A stretch of DNA of 64,000 bases, from the NCBI GenBank assembly GCA_039096225.1, contig JBBPEB010000015.1, positions 1,116,001 to 1,180,000 of the forward strand, given 5' to 3'. This DNA is from Blastocystis sp. Blastoise (taxonomy: Eukaryota; Protista; Bigyra: Opalinata). Position numbers and translations under genes: made by a program. Positions 25,847 through 40,300 of this stretch are shown one piece after another; the first letter of the stretch is position 1, and every line of letters begins with the position of its first letter. The notes under the pieces were generated by a model that saw only the letters and a program-made list of their open reading frames with translations, did not search any database and was not told the DNA's origin.

Positions 25847-26554
25847 CGTCTTTAATTAATTATTATCGACAATACAAATCTATTTAGCTGTTCAATTTGT
25901 TTAACACCAATCATTTGTAAACATTATTTTCTCTTTCGTTTCTATGTAATTTTCGATTTATTAGTTTTTTTTTTAACTTCTATCTTATGTACTATTAATT
26001 CGTTCTTTTGATTTTTCTTCTCATGTTTTGTTATATGTAACTATTTTGTAAAATTTGTAAATACACTTCTGACTAACATTAAAATACATTTTACTAGTGA
26101 ACACAAGTTAAGCAATTAAGCCATCATTACTGTTTTTCTTGAATAAAATAAAAAGGCTTATTAATATTTTCTTATCAAAGATAATTTATCATTCATTCAT
26201 ATATATAGTATCTCTAAAGAATCAATCTATGTTGCAGTATATTAAAATAAATTGTAGAAAACAGCTGAATAATTATCAGCCGATACTAGCAATCTCTGTA
26301 AGAAAAGTGGTTCATGTTAAAATATTATAAAAATGTTTAGTAATCATCATGTTCAGCCACTTTTTAGTATCATAAAAATCATGGCTTTTGATACATGAAA
26401 CCCATACTGCGAATACAAATAGTGATTCACTTTGACTATCAATTTCTATATATATCATGACTTTCAATTCATTGAGCTTTTTTATCTCAAAATGGTTTTA
26501 TGGTTTCAATTATAAACATTTATTTGTCTCCTTTTAAGCTAATTCATTTAGAAA

Positions 26555-27224
26555 ATGAAGATTATCTTATCTACTGGTTTCGTTCATATTCCCGAAGGTG
26601 GTATGTACTATGTCTTTCTTTGATTTATATCTAAACTATTGTTAATTACATTTTAATTTCTTGCTATTTTACTTATTTTATCTCTATTTTTTTGTAACTG
26701 TTGAAGTTCATCACCGTAATGTCACTGTCACTGGTCCTCGTGGTTCCCTTCACCGTGAATTCAAACATCTTCCCGTTGATATGTCTCTTACCAACGATAA
26801 AAGAGTTAGAGTTGATATGTGGTTCGGTTTACATAAGAATATTGCTTGTGTCCGTACTGCTTGTTCTCACATTAAGAACATGATCACTGGTGTCGTCCAA
26901 GGTTTCAGATATAAGATGAGACTTGTATACGCTCACTTCCCCATCAACGCCTCTATTAATAAAGAAGGTAACATCTGTGAAGTCCGTAACTTCCTCGGTG
27001 AAAAGAGAGTTCGTGTTATTAACATGTTAGAAGGTGTCAAGATCTACAAATCTGATGATGTTAAGGATGAACTTGTTCTTGAAGGTAACTCTATTGAAAA
27101 CGTTTCTACTTCTGCTTTCCAAATCTATCAAAGCTGTCTTGTCAGAAATAAGGATATCCGTAAGTTCCTTGATGGTATCTATGTTTCCGAAAGAGGTGTT
27201 ATTCCCATCGAAGATGATGAATAA
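26555..27224 (+). CDS. RPL9: 60S ribosomal protein L9 (uL6), 2 exons
   Basis: [15 protein letters not shown] joined to [17 protein letters not shown]...[13 protein letters not shown]...RNFLGEK...[15 protein letters not shown]. Strongly biased codon usage. Intron 26601-26694. Confidence 0.97.
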
Positions 27225-27506
27225 GACAATTAACCCGTTTGATATTTATAAACTGGAGACGATAATTCTTTGTGTTTTGTTTATTATTATTATATATTAT
27301 TAATAGTATATTGAGTGTTTAACTTAACTAGTTTTTTTTTTTTAAATCTAATTTTTTTTTTCTAACAAATTTAAAACTAAACAAGAATTTAATAATCTTA
27401 AAAATAAAATACATGTGCAACTTACAAAAAAAAATAAAAAGAAATAGTATGTTATAAGAAAGGAAAACAAATGAGAGTATACAAAAAAATAAACTATTAA
27501 TCACAA

Positions 27507-29845
27507 TTACTTTTTAGCAGCAGCCTTCTTTCTTGGTTTCTTTTCCTTAGATAAATCACCAAGAGCACCTAGAGCAAGAGATCCAGAAGCAACTCCTTCC
27601 TTACCACGACGTCTACCACGACTCTTCTTTTCTTCTCCAGCAGGAGCATCAAAACCACTTAAATCTAAAGCAGGAGCAGCAGGAGCAGCAGGTTCTTCTT
27701 CAGCACTCTTCTTACCCTTCTTACCAGCCTTCTTCTTAGGTTTTTCTTCCTCAGCAGGTTCATCACCACCAAAATCAAAGCCTATATCAGCAATAGGAGC
27801 AGCAGGTTCACTACTAGAAGGAGCATCAAATGAACTAAAATCTAAAGCAGGAGCAGCGTCAGCAACTGGTTCTTCTTCAGCACTCTTCTTACCTTTCTTA
27901 CTACCTTTCTTACCAGCCTTCTTCTTAGGTTTTTCTTCTTCAGCAGGTTCATCACCACCAAAATCAAAAGCAGGAGCAGCGTCAACAGCAGGGGCAGAAG
28001 CAGAAGGAGTTTCAAAAGATGACCAATCCATTGCAGGCATAACTGGAGCAGCAGGAGCAGCTGGTTCATCAAAAGAAGGTTCTTCAGCAGGTTCTTCACT
28101 TACAGCAGCATTCTTCTTACCTTTCTTACCCTTCTTTTCTTTCTTTTCTTCACTATTCTTCTTACCCTTCTTCTTAGGTTTTTCTTCCTTAGCAGGAGTA
28201 TCAAAAGCACTAGCATCAAAAGAGAATTCAGGTTGAGGAGCTTCTTCTTCTTCATCTCCAGAAGCAGCGAAATCTAAAGTTTCAGCAGGAGGAGGAGGAG
28301 GAGGAAGAGGTTTCTTAGATTTAGGAGGAGGTGGAGGAGGAGCATCAAATTGATCTTCTTCATCTTCATCAGCATTATCATCATGAGCTTCATTATTATC
28401 ACCACCAAAATCAAAGTCGAAATCATTATCATTATCATCAATAGCATTATCATCACCACCAAAATCACCCCAATCATCTTCACCATTATTAGAAGTAGGA
28501 GCAGGAGCAGAAGCTGTAGGTACAACACCAGGAGCAGAATCAAAATTGAAATCATCATTATCACTTACAGGAGCAGCAACAGGTTCAGATTCTTCAGGAA
28601 CAACAGGTTCAATAGGTTCAGCAGCAACAGGTTCAGGTTCAGCAGCAGGAGTTTCTTCAATATCTTCAGACTTACTCTTCTTACTCTTCTTATCCTTTTT
28701 ATCTTTCTTATCTTTCTTATCTTTCTTATCCTTTTTATCCTTTTTATCTTTCTTATCTTTCTTATCTTTCTTACTCTTCTTACCAGTAGATTCAGGTTCT
28801 ACACTTTCCATAGATTCAGCAGGTATTTCAGCAACAGGTTCAACAGATTCAGCAGGTACTTCAGGTTCAGCAGCAGGAATACCTTCATCAAAAGCAGGTT
28901 GTTCAGCAGAATCAAATCCCCATCCTTCTTGAGCAGCAGGTTCATCAGTATTTTCATCACCAAATCCCCAATCACCATTTTCAGCAGCTACATCAGCATT
29001 ATCACCACCAAATCCCCAATCATCACCACCTTGTTGTTCTTGTTCTTGTTCTTCAGGTTCAGCTTTTTCTTCTTCTTCTTGTTCTTCTTGTTCTTCAGGT
29101 TCTTCTTCAGGTTCTTCTTCATCTTCATCTACAAATTTAGGTTTAGCAGCAGGTTTAGGAGGTAACTAAAAATATTATTATCATAATTAAATTAATATAT
29201 ATTAATATTAATTATATAATTGAAAAAAAAAAAATATATATATATATATATATAAAAAGTATAAAAAGTAATTAACAATGAATTATAAATAGTATTAACA
29301 ATAATCATAAATAAATAGACAATAAATATATACAGGAGCAACACCCTTCTTAGCATTCAATACAGCTTGTGTGTTTTCAGCAATTGAATCAACCTTAGCA
29401 ATATAGTCAGTATTAAAAGCAATTTGAGAATCAAGTTCTTGTTTAATTCCATTAAGCATATTTAATTCCATATGCATAGCATTAATTTGATTTAATTTAT
29501 TTTGAATTTCAATATGTTGTTTAGATAATTTAGCTTTACACTTTTGAACTTCTTCACGTAATTTAACAAGATCATCACTAACCATCTTAATTTCTTCATC
29601 CTTTTCAGCAATTTCAGCCTTATTTTGTCTGAATTCATCCATACCTTGTTTCCAAGTCTTATTTAATTCAGTTTCAGTGTGAATGGATTCATCAACAGAT
29701 TCAGTAATCTAAAAATATATATAGATTTAAATAAATTGAATTATATATACAGAAGAGCTACGAGACATTTGAGCAAAAGCAGCCTATAAAAATAATAAAT
29801 ATTATATATAGAGATCAACCAAAATAATAAATAAATAGTGAAATA

Positions 29846-29881
<36 letters not shown>

Positions 29882-31484
29882 GAGCACCAGGACCCATAGG
29901 AGGTCTAGGAGGGAACATACCAGGACGAGGTGGAAGAGGTTTACCATCAGGTCCCATCATAGGTCTAGGAGGGAACATACCTGGTCTAGGAGGTAAAGGT
30001 TTACCATCAGGTCCAAGAGGAATAGGAAGAGGTTTACCATCAGGACCGATAGGAGGTCTAGGGAACATACCAGGACGAGGAGGTAAAGGTTGACCATCAG
30101 GTCCCATCATAGGACGAGGAGGCATACCAGGCATACCAGGCATACCAGGACGAGGAGGAAGAGGCATAGGAGCAGCAACAGGAGCAGGAGCAGCAACAGG
30201 AGTAGGAACAGGATTGACTTCTTCTTCAGGTTTTTCTTCTTCTTCTTCTTCTTCTTCTTCTTCTTTAGGTTCTTCTGTAGCAGGTTGTTCAGTGTCCATA
30301 CCAAAACCGAAATCCATACCCATATCAGTAGCAGGAGCAGGAGCAGCAGGAGTAGAGGAACCAAACATATCATCTATATATATAATAGAATAATAATATA
30401 TAGGAACAAATGAATATGATGAATATTATAATATAATATAATAAATATAATAAATATAATAAATATAATAAATAAATACCCATTCCCATTCCCATATTAG
30501 AATCAGAAGCAGCAGGTTCTTCAGCAGGTGTAGAATTACCAAATCCACCAAACATATCATCATCTTGAGTAGTAGCAGGTTCTTCAGCAGGTGTAGAATT
30601 ACCAAATCCACCAAACATATCATCTTCTTGAGTAGCAGCAGGTTCTTCAGGTTTAGGTGAAGTAGGAATACCACCAAAACCACCAAACATATCATCTTCT
30701 TCTTGTTTAGGTTCTTCAGGTTTAGGTGAAGTAGGAATAGTACCAAAACCACCAAACATATCTTCTTCTTCTTGTTTAGGTTCTTCCATAGCTACAGGAG
30801 CTTGAGGTTCAGCCATAGGGGAAGCAATAGGAGACATCATAGGAGAGACATTTTGACCTTGTAATTTCTGCATATAAGCTTGTTGTTCAGGATTAAGAGG
30901 TTTTTGAGCTTCAAATAAAGCACGTTTGGAAGGAGGAACAAGACATTCAGGAAGAGTATCAGGAATAGGTACACCCTAAAGGAAGAATTAAAATAAGAGA
31001 AGAATTATATATATATATTATATATAAAGATAAAAATGCAATATTAAATATACAATTAGAATAAGTTAATAAATAAATATATATATATATATATACAGTT
31101 CTACAAACCATAGCAAGATGAGTAGCAACAATAAATTCAGCTAAATCTAATTGACCATCTTGATCAAGATCAGCTAAGGTCCAAATCTTAGTTAACATCT
31201 ATAGAAATATGTATATCAATAATATATAAATTACAACATAAAAAAATATATATATAATATATTTACAATAAAATATTTATATATATATAAATGATATACT
31301 TCTTGAGGTAATTGAGATAAAGTGAGGAAATTAAAGGCTTCAGCTCCAGTAACAAATCCATTACCATCAACATCCTATAGATTGATGTTTAATAATAATA
31401 TAGGTGAAATATTTAATAATAAAATAGAAAATAATTCATTTGAATTATTAATATATTCAATAAAATAATAATAATAATTATTAT

Positions 31485-31544
<60 letters not shown>

Positions 31545-31823
31545 TTTGTAAGAAGTATTGTCTGTATCCTTCTCTCTGTTCAGGAGTACTCATAAAAGGA
31601 GAAGGTGCCATTTCAGTAGCAGGAGCTACACCAACAGTAGGAGTAGTAACAGGAGCAACAGGAGTAGAAGCTACAGCAGCAGCAGGAGCACTAGAGAAGA
31701 AAAAGAAGAAATATAATATGTAATAAATATAGAATTATAATGAATAATAATAGAAAAAAATAAAGAATAAATCAAGTTAAGTATAAAATATATTATGAAG
31801 AACGATTTTATTTGAAAAATGAA

Positions 31824-31867
<44 letters not shown>

Positions 31868-33004
31868 GCTTCCATTTCAGGTCTAGATCTAGAAGGAGCA
31901 GGAGCACCATTAAAAGAAGGAAGAGGAAGTTTCTCATCAGCATATACTTGTATCTATATAGATAATATATAATTATGATATATTTATATATATTATAATA
32001 TCAAATTCATATAATAATACAAATAAAAAATAAATGAATGACATATACATATATAAATCAAATGAAAATAAATATATATATAAAAATATATATATACAGC
32101 AAAGTTAACAAGTTCTTTCTTATTTTGAATCAATTGAACATATCTAAATGCCTTTAAGAAAGCATCTTCATCAAGTTTATCTTTACCATCAGCAGCAAGA
32201 GACCATACCTAATAATTATATTATTATTAATACATATATATATATATATATAAAATAATAATAATAATTTTAAAAACAATAATTTCTTTTAAATAATAAT
32301 CTAAAACAATAATAATTTAACCCAATAAATGATTTAACGCAATAAACATAGATACATACCTTTTGAGCAAGTTCTCTATTGAGATTTCCTTTATATAAGA
32401 AAGAAATTGTTTCTCTTTCATCAACAAATCCTTTGTGATATTTATCAATAAATAAGAAAAGTAAACTGCTGTAATTCTTTTCATCGACAGTAGGTTCCCA
32501 GACTTTAGCCTGTTAAAAATAATTATATTATATATTAATATTTGTCTAATACAGAATAGTTATAAATTAAAAATATACGGGAGGAGCACCACTGGGAAGC
32601 ATAGGCATACCAGGAGCACCAGGCATACCAGGACGAGGAGGAAGAGGTTTACCATCAGGTCCCATCATAGGTCTAGGAGGCATACCAGGCATACCAGGAC
32701 GAGGAGGCATTCCAGGCATACCAGGACGAGGAGGAAGAGGTTTACCATCAGGTCCCATCATAGGACGAGGAGGCATTCCAGGCATACCAGGTCTAGGAGG
32801 TAAAGGTTTACCATCAGGACCAATCATAGGACGAGGAGGCATACCGGGCATACCAGGACGAGGAGGCATTCCAGGCATACCAGGACGAGGAGGCATTCCA
32901 GGCATTCCAGGTCTGGGCATCATTCCAGGCATACCAGGACGAGGAGGCATACCAGGCATACCAGGTCTTGGAGGCATTCCAGGTCTAGGAGGATATTGAC
33001 TCAT
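27507..33004 (-). CDS. EH-domain endocytic scaffold (Eps15/Ede1/Pan1-like): Pro-rich N-terminus, 2 EH domains, coiled coil, acidic low-complexity C-terminus
   Basis: EH2: [59 protein letters not shown]. Degenerate EH1: [13 protein letters not shown]...LDEDAF. Coiled coil at 29340-29700; PPRPGM repeats; about 11 GT-AG introns. Confidence 0.85.
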
Positions 33005-34948
33005 TTTTGTATATATATATTATAAGAAAAATGTCTTAAATTAAGGAAAATAAAGTATTTGCCCTTTAAAATAGATTAAAGACAGTATTATACAATTGTT
33101 TTAAGAAAAACAGAAACAAAATGTAAAATTTCCTTAATATGGGATTATTTCTAAAGATGGCCTATAAAATTGTTGTTTATGAACCTTTATTCAATACTTG
33201 AAGCTTCCCTTGAGAATATCTAATAAACATGGGGATTTAGAAAAAATCTCGAACTTCTCTTTTAGATACACCATATCTTGTTGAATTAAGATACATATAA
33301 CAAGAAACGACCATTTATCTTTGAAAGAAATTATTCTTTTATTCAGATATCATGTATTTAATTGTCACTATATTAGCTTTTTTTTAAGCTTTAATGATTT
33401 ATTTTTCTTCTAAATAGTACATATTTTTGTAAAATGAAAGAAAAATCTTATCAAAGGAATCTCTATATATTTTTCACATTTTTATCTTGAAAACTAAAGA
33501 TTGTTTAATTTATTATTATATATGAATATAACTTTACTCATAATACATATGAAACTATTATTATTCTAAGCAAACAAGTTAATTATTTACTTTTTCTTTA
33601 AACCAAAGCTTAGTAAAGTAGTATATAAATATATTTACTTTATATAAATGCTAATGAGTAGATTAAGAGAATATTTCTCAAGAGATAAAGTTGATTCTCG
33701 ACAACTTGAGAATGTGAAATGCAAGAATACATAGAATAAATAATATGAAACGTATATACATATAAGAATAGTAACTATATATATTTTTCAACTAATTAAA
33801 AAAAAGTGTTTCATTTAAAATGAAGACATTTCTAATTTATATTTTTTTATTCAATAAATTTACTATGAAAGTAACATTTTTGTTTTTTTAACTGATATTT
33901 ATTTATTTAACTATTATGCTATTATATTTTATATATATCAAGTCAGTGATTAATTATTTATTTTCTTTGAGATGTTTTTAAATTAAATTTTGGTTCATTA
34001 TCTGTATGCTAGTTGAATGAAGTATTTCTGAATAGTTGATTATATAAAGAAGACGTTAAATATTAATATAGGGAGTAAATTACTGATTTTTGATGCACAA
34101 TTTTAAACAATGTATATTTGTTTTTCTGTTCAAATTGTAATTTTGATTCTAAATGTTAAAACCCAAGTATTACGTATTCTTTTAATATGAAAATAATAAT
34201 TAATAATAGCATTAATCAATCATTATATACATTTATTATCATATTTTTAATTAAAACATAAATAAGAATGCTTCAATTTGGTATTTATACAGAAAGAAGA
34301 ACAAAAAAAGAGATCTTAGGACCATTTTGAGTATCATTATACAACCCAATGGTTTATTTCGTATATTTATGTTTCTTTTGCTTTGAGAAAAGTTAGTACT
34401 TTGCCTAACAAAGAATTTCTAGTTATTATTTAACAGTTTCAATTGATTCAATGATAATCAATGCTCTTTTTATTGATGATAAATATATATGTATTTAGTA
34501 TATATTATAACATATAATAATTCAAGTATTTCTATGCGAAAATATTCGAATGAATTATATTTTTTTAGCATTCTTGTGTTTTTGTTACGTAAATAGTTAA
34601 TTAGAGGCACAAAATACACTGTCTTAAGATATATTATATACTAATTAATACGATAATATATATTCATATATATTATTTAATGAATGAAGAATTAATGAGT
34701 GACTGTTGCTTTCTTATATAGAAAAATCATATTGATGGAAATAATAACCAAACGATATATACATAAGAAAAAAATGAAATAGTATATGTAATAAAATTAC
34801 GATAAAAACGAAAAAGGAACGGCAACAATAGTATAAAAGAGTATAATGAGAATATATATAATTAAATTTATATATATATATATATAGATAAATCATGAAA
34901 AAATAAAATAATATTCTATATAAAGTGAATACATATATATGTTATAGT

Positions 34949-37307
34949 TTATTGAATAATATATAGATCTCCTTCGTCATTACCAGAAATAGCAAGTCTT
35001 CGTAAAGGGCATAAATCAATACAATTTAATTTGAGTTTTGATAAAGGAGCAAGTGTTATACCATCACATACATTATTACTCTTTGTTTGAAGATATATAG
35101 GTAATTGTTCAGGTTCAGGGTCAAAAATTAATTTATTTTCTATAGTAGATGTATAAATATGATTATTAATAGCTCCATAAACAGAGAAAGCAGATGTAGA
35201 AGGTAATATAGAGACACAAGAGGAGGAATTAATAGAAGGATAAGAAGATAAAGAAATAAAAATATGAGGAGATATCTTCTGATCAATAGAATCTTGTATT
35301 CTTTGTAAAGACCATATATTAATAGATCCATCAATGGAACATGTAATCATACGAGAAGAAGATAAAAATTGTATCTTTTTAATCTCTCTATTATGAGCTG
35401 CAAATTTATGTAAACAACTACCTGTTCTTTGATCAAGAATAGAAATATATCCATCAGTCCATCCTAAAATAATATACATATCTTGATAATTTGCCATAAC
35501 ACTGATTGTAGGTCTAGATTCATAAGTAGACCAAATAGGAAGAAGTTGCCAACGAGCGACTGTAGATATATCATTTGATTTCTCACGTAAATCAAAACAA
35601 TAAATATCATAATTATAAGAACTTGTATAGATTTGTTGATAAGGAGTATAATTACCAACACCACCTCCTGTAATAGAATCTGAAGAACATATCATAGAAG
35701 TATATTTAGAAGATTTATTATGATATATAAATTGTTCAGAAACATAATTATAGACAGAAAGAGTAGAAGCACAAGAAACTAAGAAATCTGAAGAAGCAAT
35801 AAAATCAAGAGAATGAATTCGACTTTCTTTTGAAGTTAAACTAATATGTGACTTCAAAGGACGTTTATCGAACTTCCATAACTTGACTACATTTTGATTT
35901 CCAACAGAAGACGATTCGATTCCCGCGGTTACAAAGAGTCTTTCATTAAAATGAGATTTAACTTGATAAATACTTGTATCATAAGCATTAATTTTTTGTT
36001 TTACAGAATATTGAAGATTAATAGGCATATCAATATCACATCGACCAGCACTATATCCTGAACATCCACCCACCATATACATACCTTGAGCAGATAACCA
36101 GGATTTAGGAGAAACTAAAGAAAATATACAGGAATTATATACGGAAATAGTTATAATGATAAAATAAAGAAGAATTAAATATGAATAAAAGACTCATGAA
36201 GGGATAAAGGAATAAATAATGAATGAGTAAAGAATATATTTTGTATAAATTGAAAGAAAACTAAAGAATAAGATAATAAAGGTAATATACTATTTCGAAG
36301 ATTGTTGTTCTTATATTGAGATGGAGGAGGAAGAGAAGTATAATGTTAAGAAATACATATAGTATATAGATATAAATAACATTTATTATAAATATATATA
36401 TATGAATAGTGGATATCCAGTAGATTGTGAGTAAGGAGAACTATAAAAATAATAATATATAATAATATATATATATAATAATAAATAATAATATATAATA
36501 ATATATAGTAAACATACATATCGTCTAATAAATCTGGATACATATCAAATATATTGTCTATATAGTATAAATATTATTAAAACTGATTTATATTATTACT
36601 TTTTAAATAATAATAACTGAAAATAAATATACTATTATAAAAATCTAATGCCAAGTGTATATATATAAACATTCCAAAAAAGAAAGAATAATTTTTAAAT
36701 ATGAAACAAAGAATAAAAATAAAGAATAAAAAACGTTTTGTATATATATATTATTATAATACCTTTAAGAAGTTCTACAAGTGGAGTAAAGAATACTTGT
36801 CGATTGGAATTGAGATAAGGAGTTACAGCTTTATCATATACCGCCTTTTTAATGGCGCCATATATACTGGGAATATCATCAGGCTAAATAAATAAGATAA
36901 TAGGATTTGAGATATATATCATATATATCTTGATAAAACGAAAGAAAGAAAAACTTATATATATTAATATTATAAGATATCTATGAGATTAACAGAAAAA
37001 TAATAATAAAAAAAAAGAAATACTTTTGTAATTTCAATAGCTTTATAATAGTCATGGAACTTCTTAAAGAACATGATGAGATCCATATATATATATTGCT
37101 TTTGAGCATCAATAGAGTAACGAGTGCAGATGTATATAGATTATGGATACACATTGAATATAGTAATTCTTTAAAAAAGTAATAAATTAATAGAATATTA
37201 ATATAAATAAAATGAATATATAAACATCTGTATATATGTGTTAATAAGGATATTTCATAGAAGAAACAAAGAATATCCACAATTAAACATATTTCTGCAT
37301 CCATATC

Positions 37308-37349
<42 letters not shown>

Positions 37350-40300
37350 TATATATATATATATCTACAAGGTCGTTCATCGGAGTAGGAGGGAAGAGGT
37401 ATATTCATGAGAATATCAAATAATCGAGGACTACTGGATTGAAGGATATTATATAAGAATTGCTAAATATATAAAAATAATTATAGTAATAAAATTAAGT
37501 CTAATTTCAATTTCGAAAGATATATATTTTTATTATTAAATAAATAATTATATATATATATATATATATACTTTATCAGAGAGTATATAAAGTGTATTTC
37601 TAAGTACTTGAAGTATTTCATAAAGAGAAATAGCAGTTATAAGAGATTTAGAAGAATAAGGGAAAAGTTGAGCCAAGAGAGAATAGGACTTTGGTAAGAG
37701 ATGACTGATACAGAGAGCTATAGAAAGACATAATGAATATATATATACATACATATATAATATAATATAATATAATATAATATAATATAATATAATATAA
37801 TATAATATAATATAATATAATATAATATACCAATGATAGCTTCTGTAGAAATTAGAGGGAGCAGTTGGAGAAGGCACGTGGCAGGAGGGGCCAAAGGGAG
37901 AGTCATAGAGGGATCTAAATGAAAATATTAATAACAATAATAATAAATGTCAATATATATATATACTTTGATCAAACGATATAACATCTTTGTTTCTATA
38001 AATATATGAACCAGTCTTCAAAATTAACGTGGGGAAAATGACTCTAGTAGCTATACTTGGAGATAAACACACAGGAGACGATACAAAGTACTATATATAT
38101 AATAATAATAAAATAGTATATATAATAAAATAGTATATATATACTAATGCACTAATAAATTTGGGAAGTAATTCTGGAGTAATTTTATTACTTATTCTAT
38201 ATATAATAATATTTATATTCAATTGAACCATTCTATTATATAATCTTATATATATATATATATACATATATTCAAGTAAATAAGGGACAATATATTTCAC
38301 AAGACAACCGGCACCTGAAGATTGATATAATACTCTTAAGAACTCATGGTCTAAAACACCAATTAATGGTCCATTCCCACGGGAGGCCGATGTATCCTAA
38401 ACGTAAACGAGATATATATATAGAAGAGAGGAATCGATTAAAGAATTGAATATAAAAGAATATATATATAAGATAAATATTATAATGAACATAATGGTAT
38501 TGTATTATCTAATATGTGATAAATAATAAATAATAAATAAAAAATAATAAATAATAAATAATAAATAATAAATAATAAATAATAAATAATAAATAATAAA
38601 TAATAAATAATAAATAATAAATAATATATCATAAATAATAAATAATAAATAATATATCATAAATACTTCTAATATGGTATTAAGTAGTGGTAATAAATAT
38701 GTTTCGATTTGTGATTTATGAAGATGTTGGGAGAAAGCTTGGAAGAGGGGGAGGAAAAGTGCTCGTAGGGATGGTGCTGATGATGTTTGAATTGTAAGGA
38801 GGAGAGGAAGAAGAAGTGGTAGTTGTGTGATCGATACCGAAGAGAATAAAGAAAGATGAGACTAAATAAAACAATAACAGAAATTATAGTATATATAGTT
38901 ACCTTAATAATAGACTCAGTAGCTTGTACAGATGTTGCATTATAAAACTGACCAAGAACAGTGTATCTATATATATAATAATTAATAATAAATAATTAAT
39001 AATAATATAATAAATAGTTGTATACAATTCTTCAAAATATCGCGGGAAAAGTTGCATATCAGGATGACGATCAACAGAAGGATTATTTTCTACATTATAT
39101 AATTATATTAAAATAATAATAATAATAATACTAAGTATAATTGCAAGTTCTGTATTAAAACAAAACAAATAAATATACTATAATATATATATAACAATAT
39201 ATAACATACTATATATATCTGAAGTGAGCAATCCACTGTAAATAAAAGAAAGAGAGGGTCTCATTAAGGGGTTTAAGGATAGTAGTAATGACACAAGTGT
39301 CTATATATATATACATACATATTAGTAAATAACAAAATATCATTACAATAATATTTATAGATATTAATGAAGAATAATAAAGACTTATATTATATTATAT
39401 ATACTTTAATAGGTTCAGGAAGTTTAATAAAATCTGGAATGTCTTCTAATTTCTTATTTTCAATATAATCTAATAATATGTTTTCTGTAAATAAAGGATG
39501 ACCTAAATAAAGTTCTGCGATAATAGTACCAACAGACCAGAGATCTGCCTTCATTCGATCTTCTGGAGACAGTTTCTATAGAGAGATAGGATGATATATA
39601 ATTATAGAGAAAGACATAAAAAAATGGATAAGAAAGAAACGTAATAGATATAGAATAAAACAATATGTATATAAGTACAAATATAATAGATTAAGAAAAG
39701 ATTATGAACATAAGTAAAAAAAAAAAAACAGTATAAAAAAAAACTAACATAATAGAATACATAATAATGATATTAATAAATATTAAATTATGATATAAAC
39801 AAATACTTGATTGAGATATATTTCAGGTGATACGTATATAGGATGAATAATAGGTTCATAAGAGGATAAGAAGGAGGAGAAAGAAGTTGTTGTTGTAGAG
39901 GGACAAAGATCATTTTCAATAGGGGCTAAAAGACATGGAGGGTAGGGAACAAGATATATTATATATAATTTATAAAACTGAATTTAATAATAAGAAATAT
40001 AATAATAATGATAATAATGATAAAAAAAATAAAAATAAAATGATAGAATGAAAAACGATTAAAATTTAAATTCAAATAATTATAATAAATATAATATACG
40101 CATATCGATATGGAAAGTTTTATATATATCATTTTGTTTGTTTTCAATTTTTCGTTGAAGTTCTTTATCATCTTTTCGACTTAATTGTTCTTTAATAACC
40201 GCGGGAATAGATTGAACAAAAGAAGTAGGTGTAGTAACAATATTATCAGGGAGAGGTGATGTATTATTATCAGAAGGAAGAATAGTACTGATAGGAGTAA

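Noticed and set aside
28350-29165. Long antisense ORFs over the EH gene (also 9899..10255, 40540..40908, 48649..48969)
   Set aside because: Shadow frames of low-complexity, codon-biased exons with no independent protein features.
33031-33056. TGTCTTAAATTAAGGAAAATAA resembles the U12 snRNA 5' end; its reverse complement resembles a U12 branch box plus AC in the EH gene 5' UTR
   Set aside because: It lacks the U12 stem-loop spacing and downstream Sm site, and I found no ATATCC donor upstream on the minus strand.
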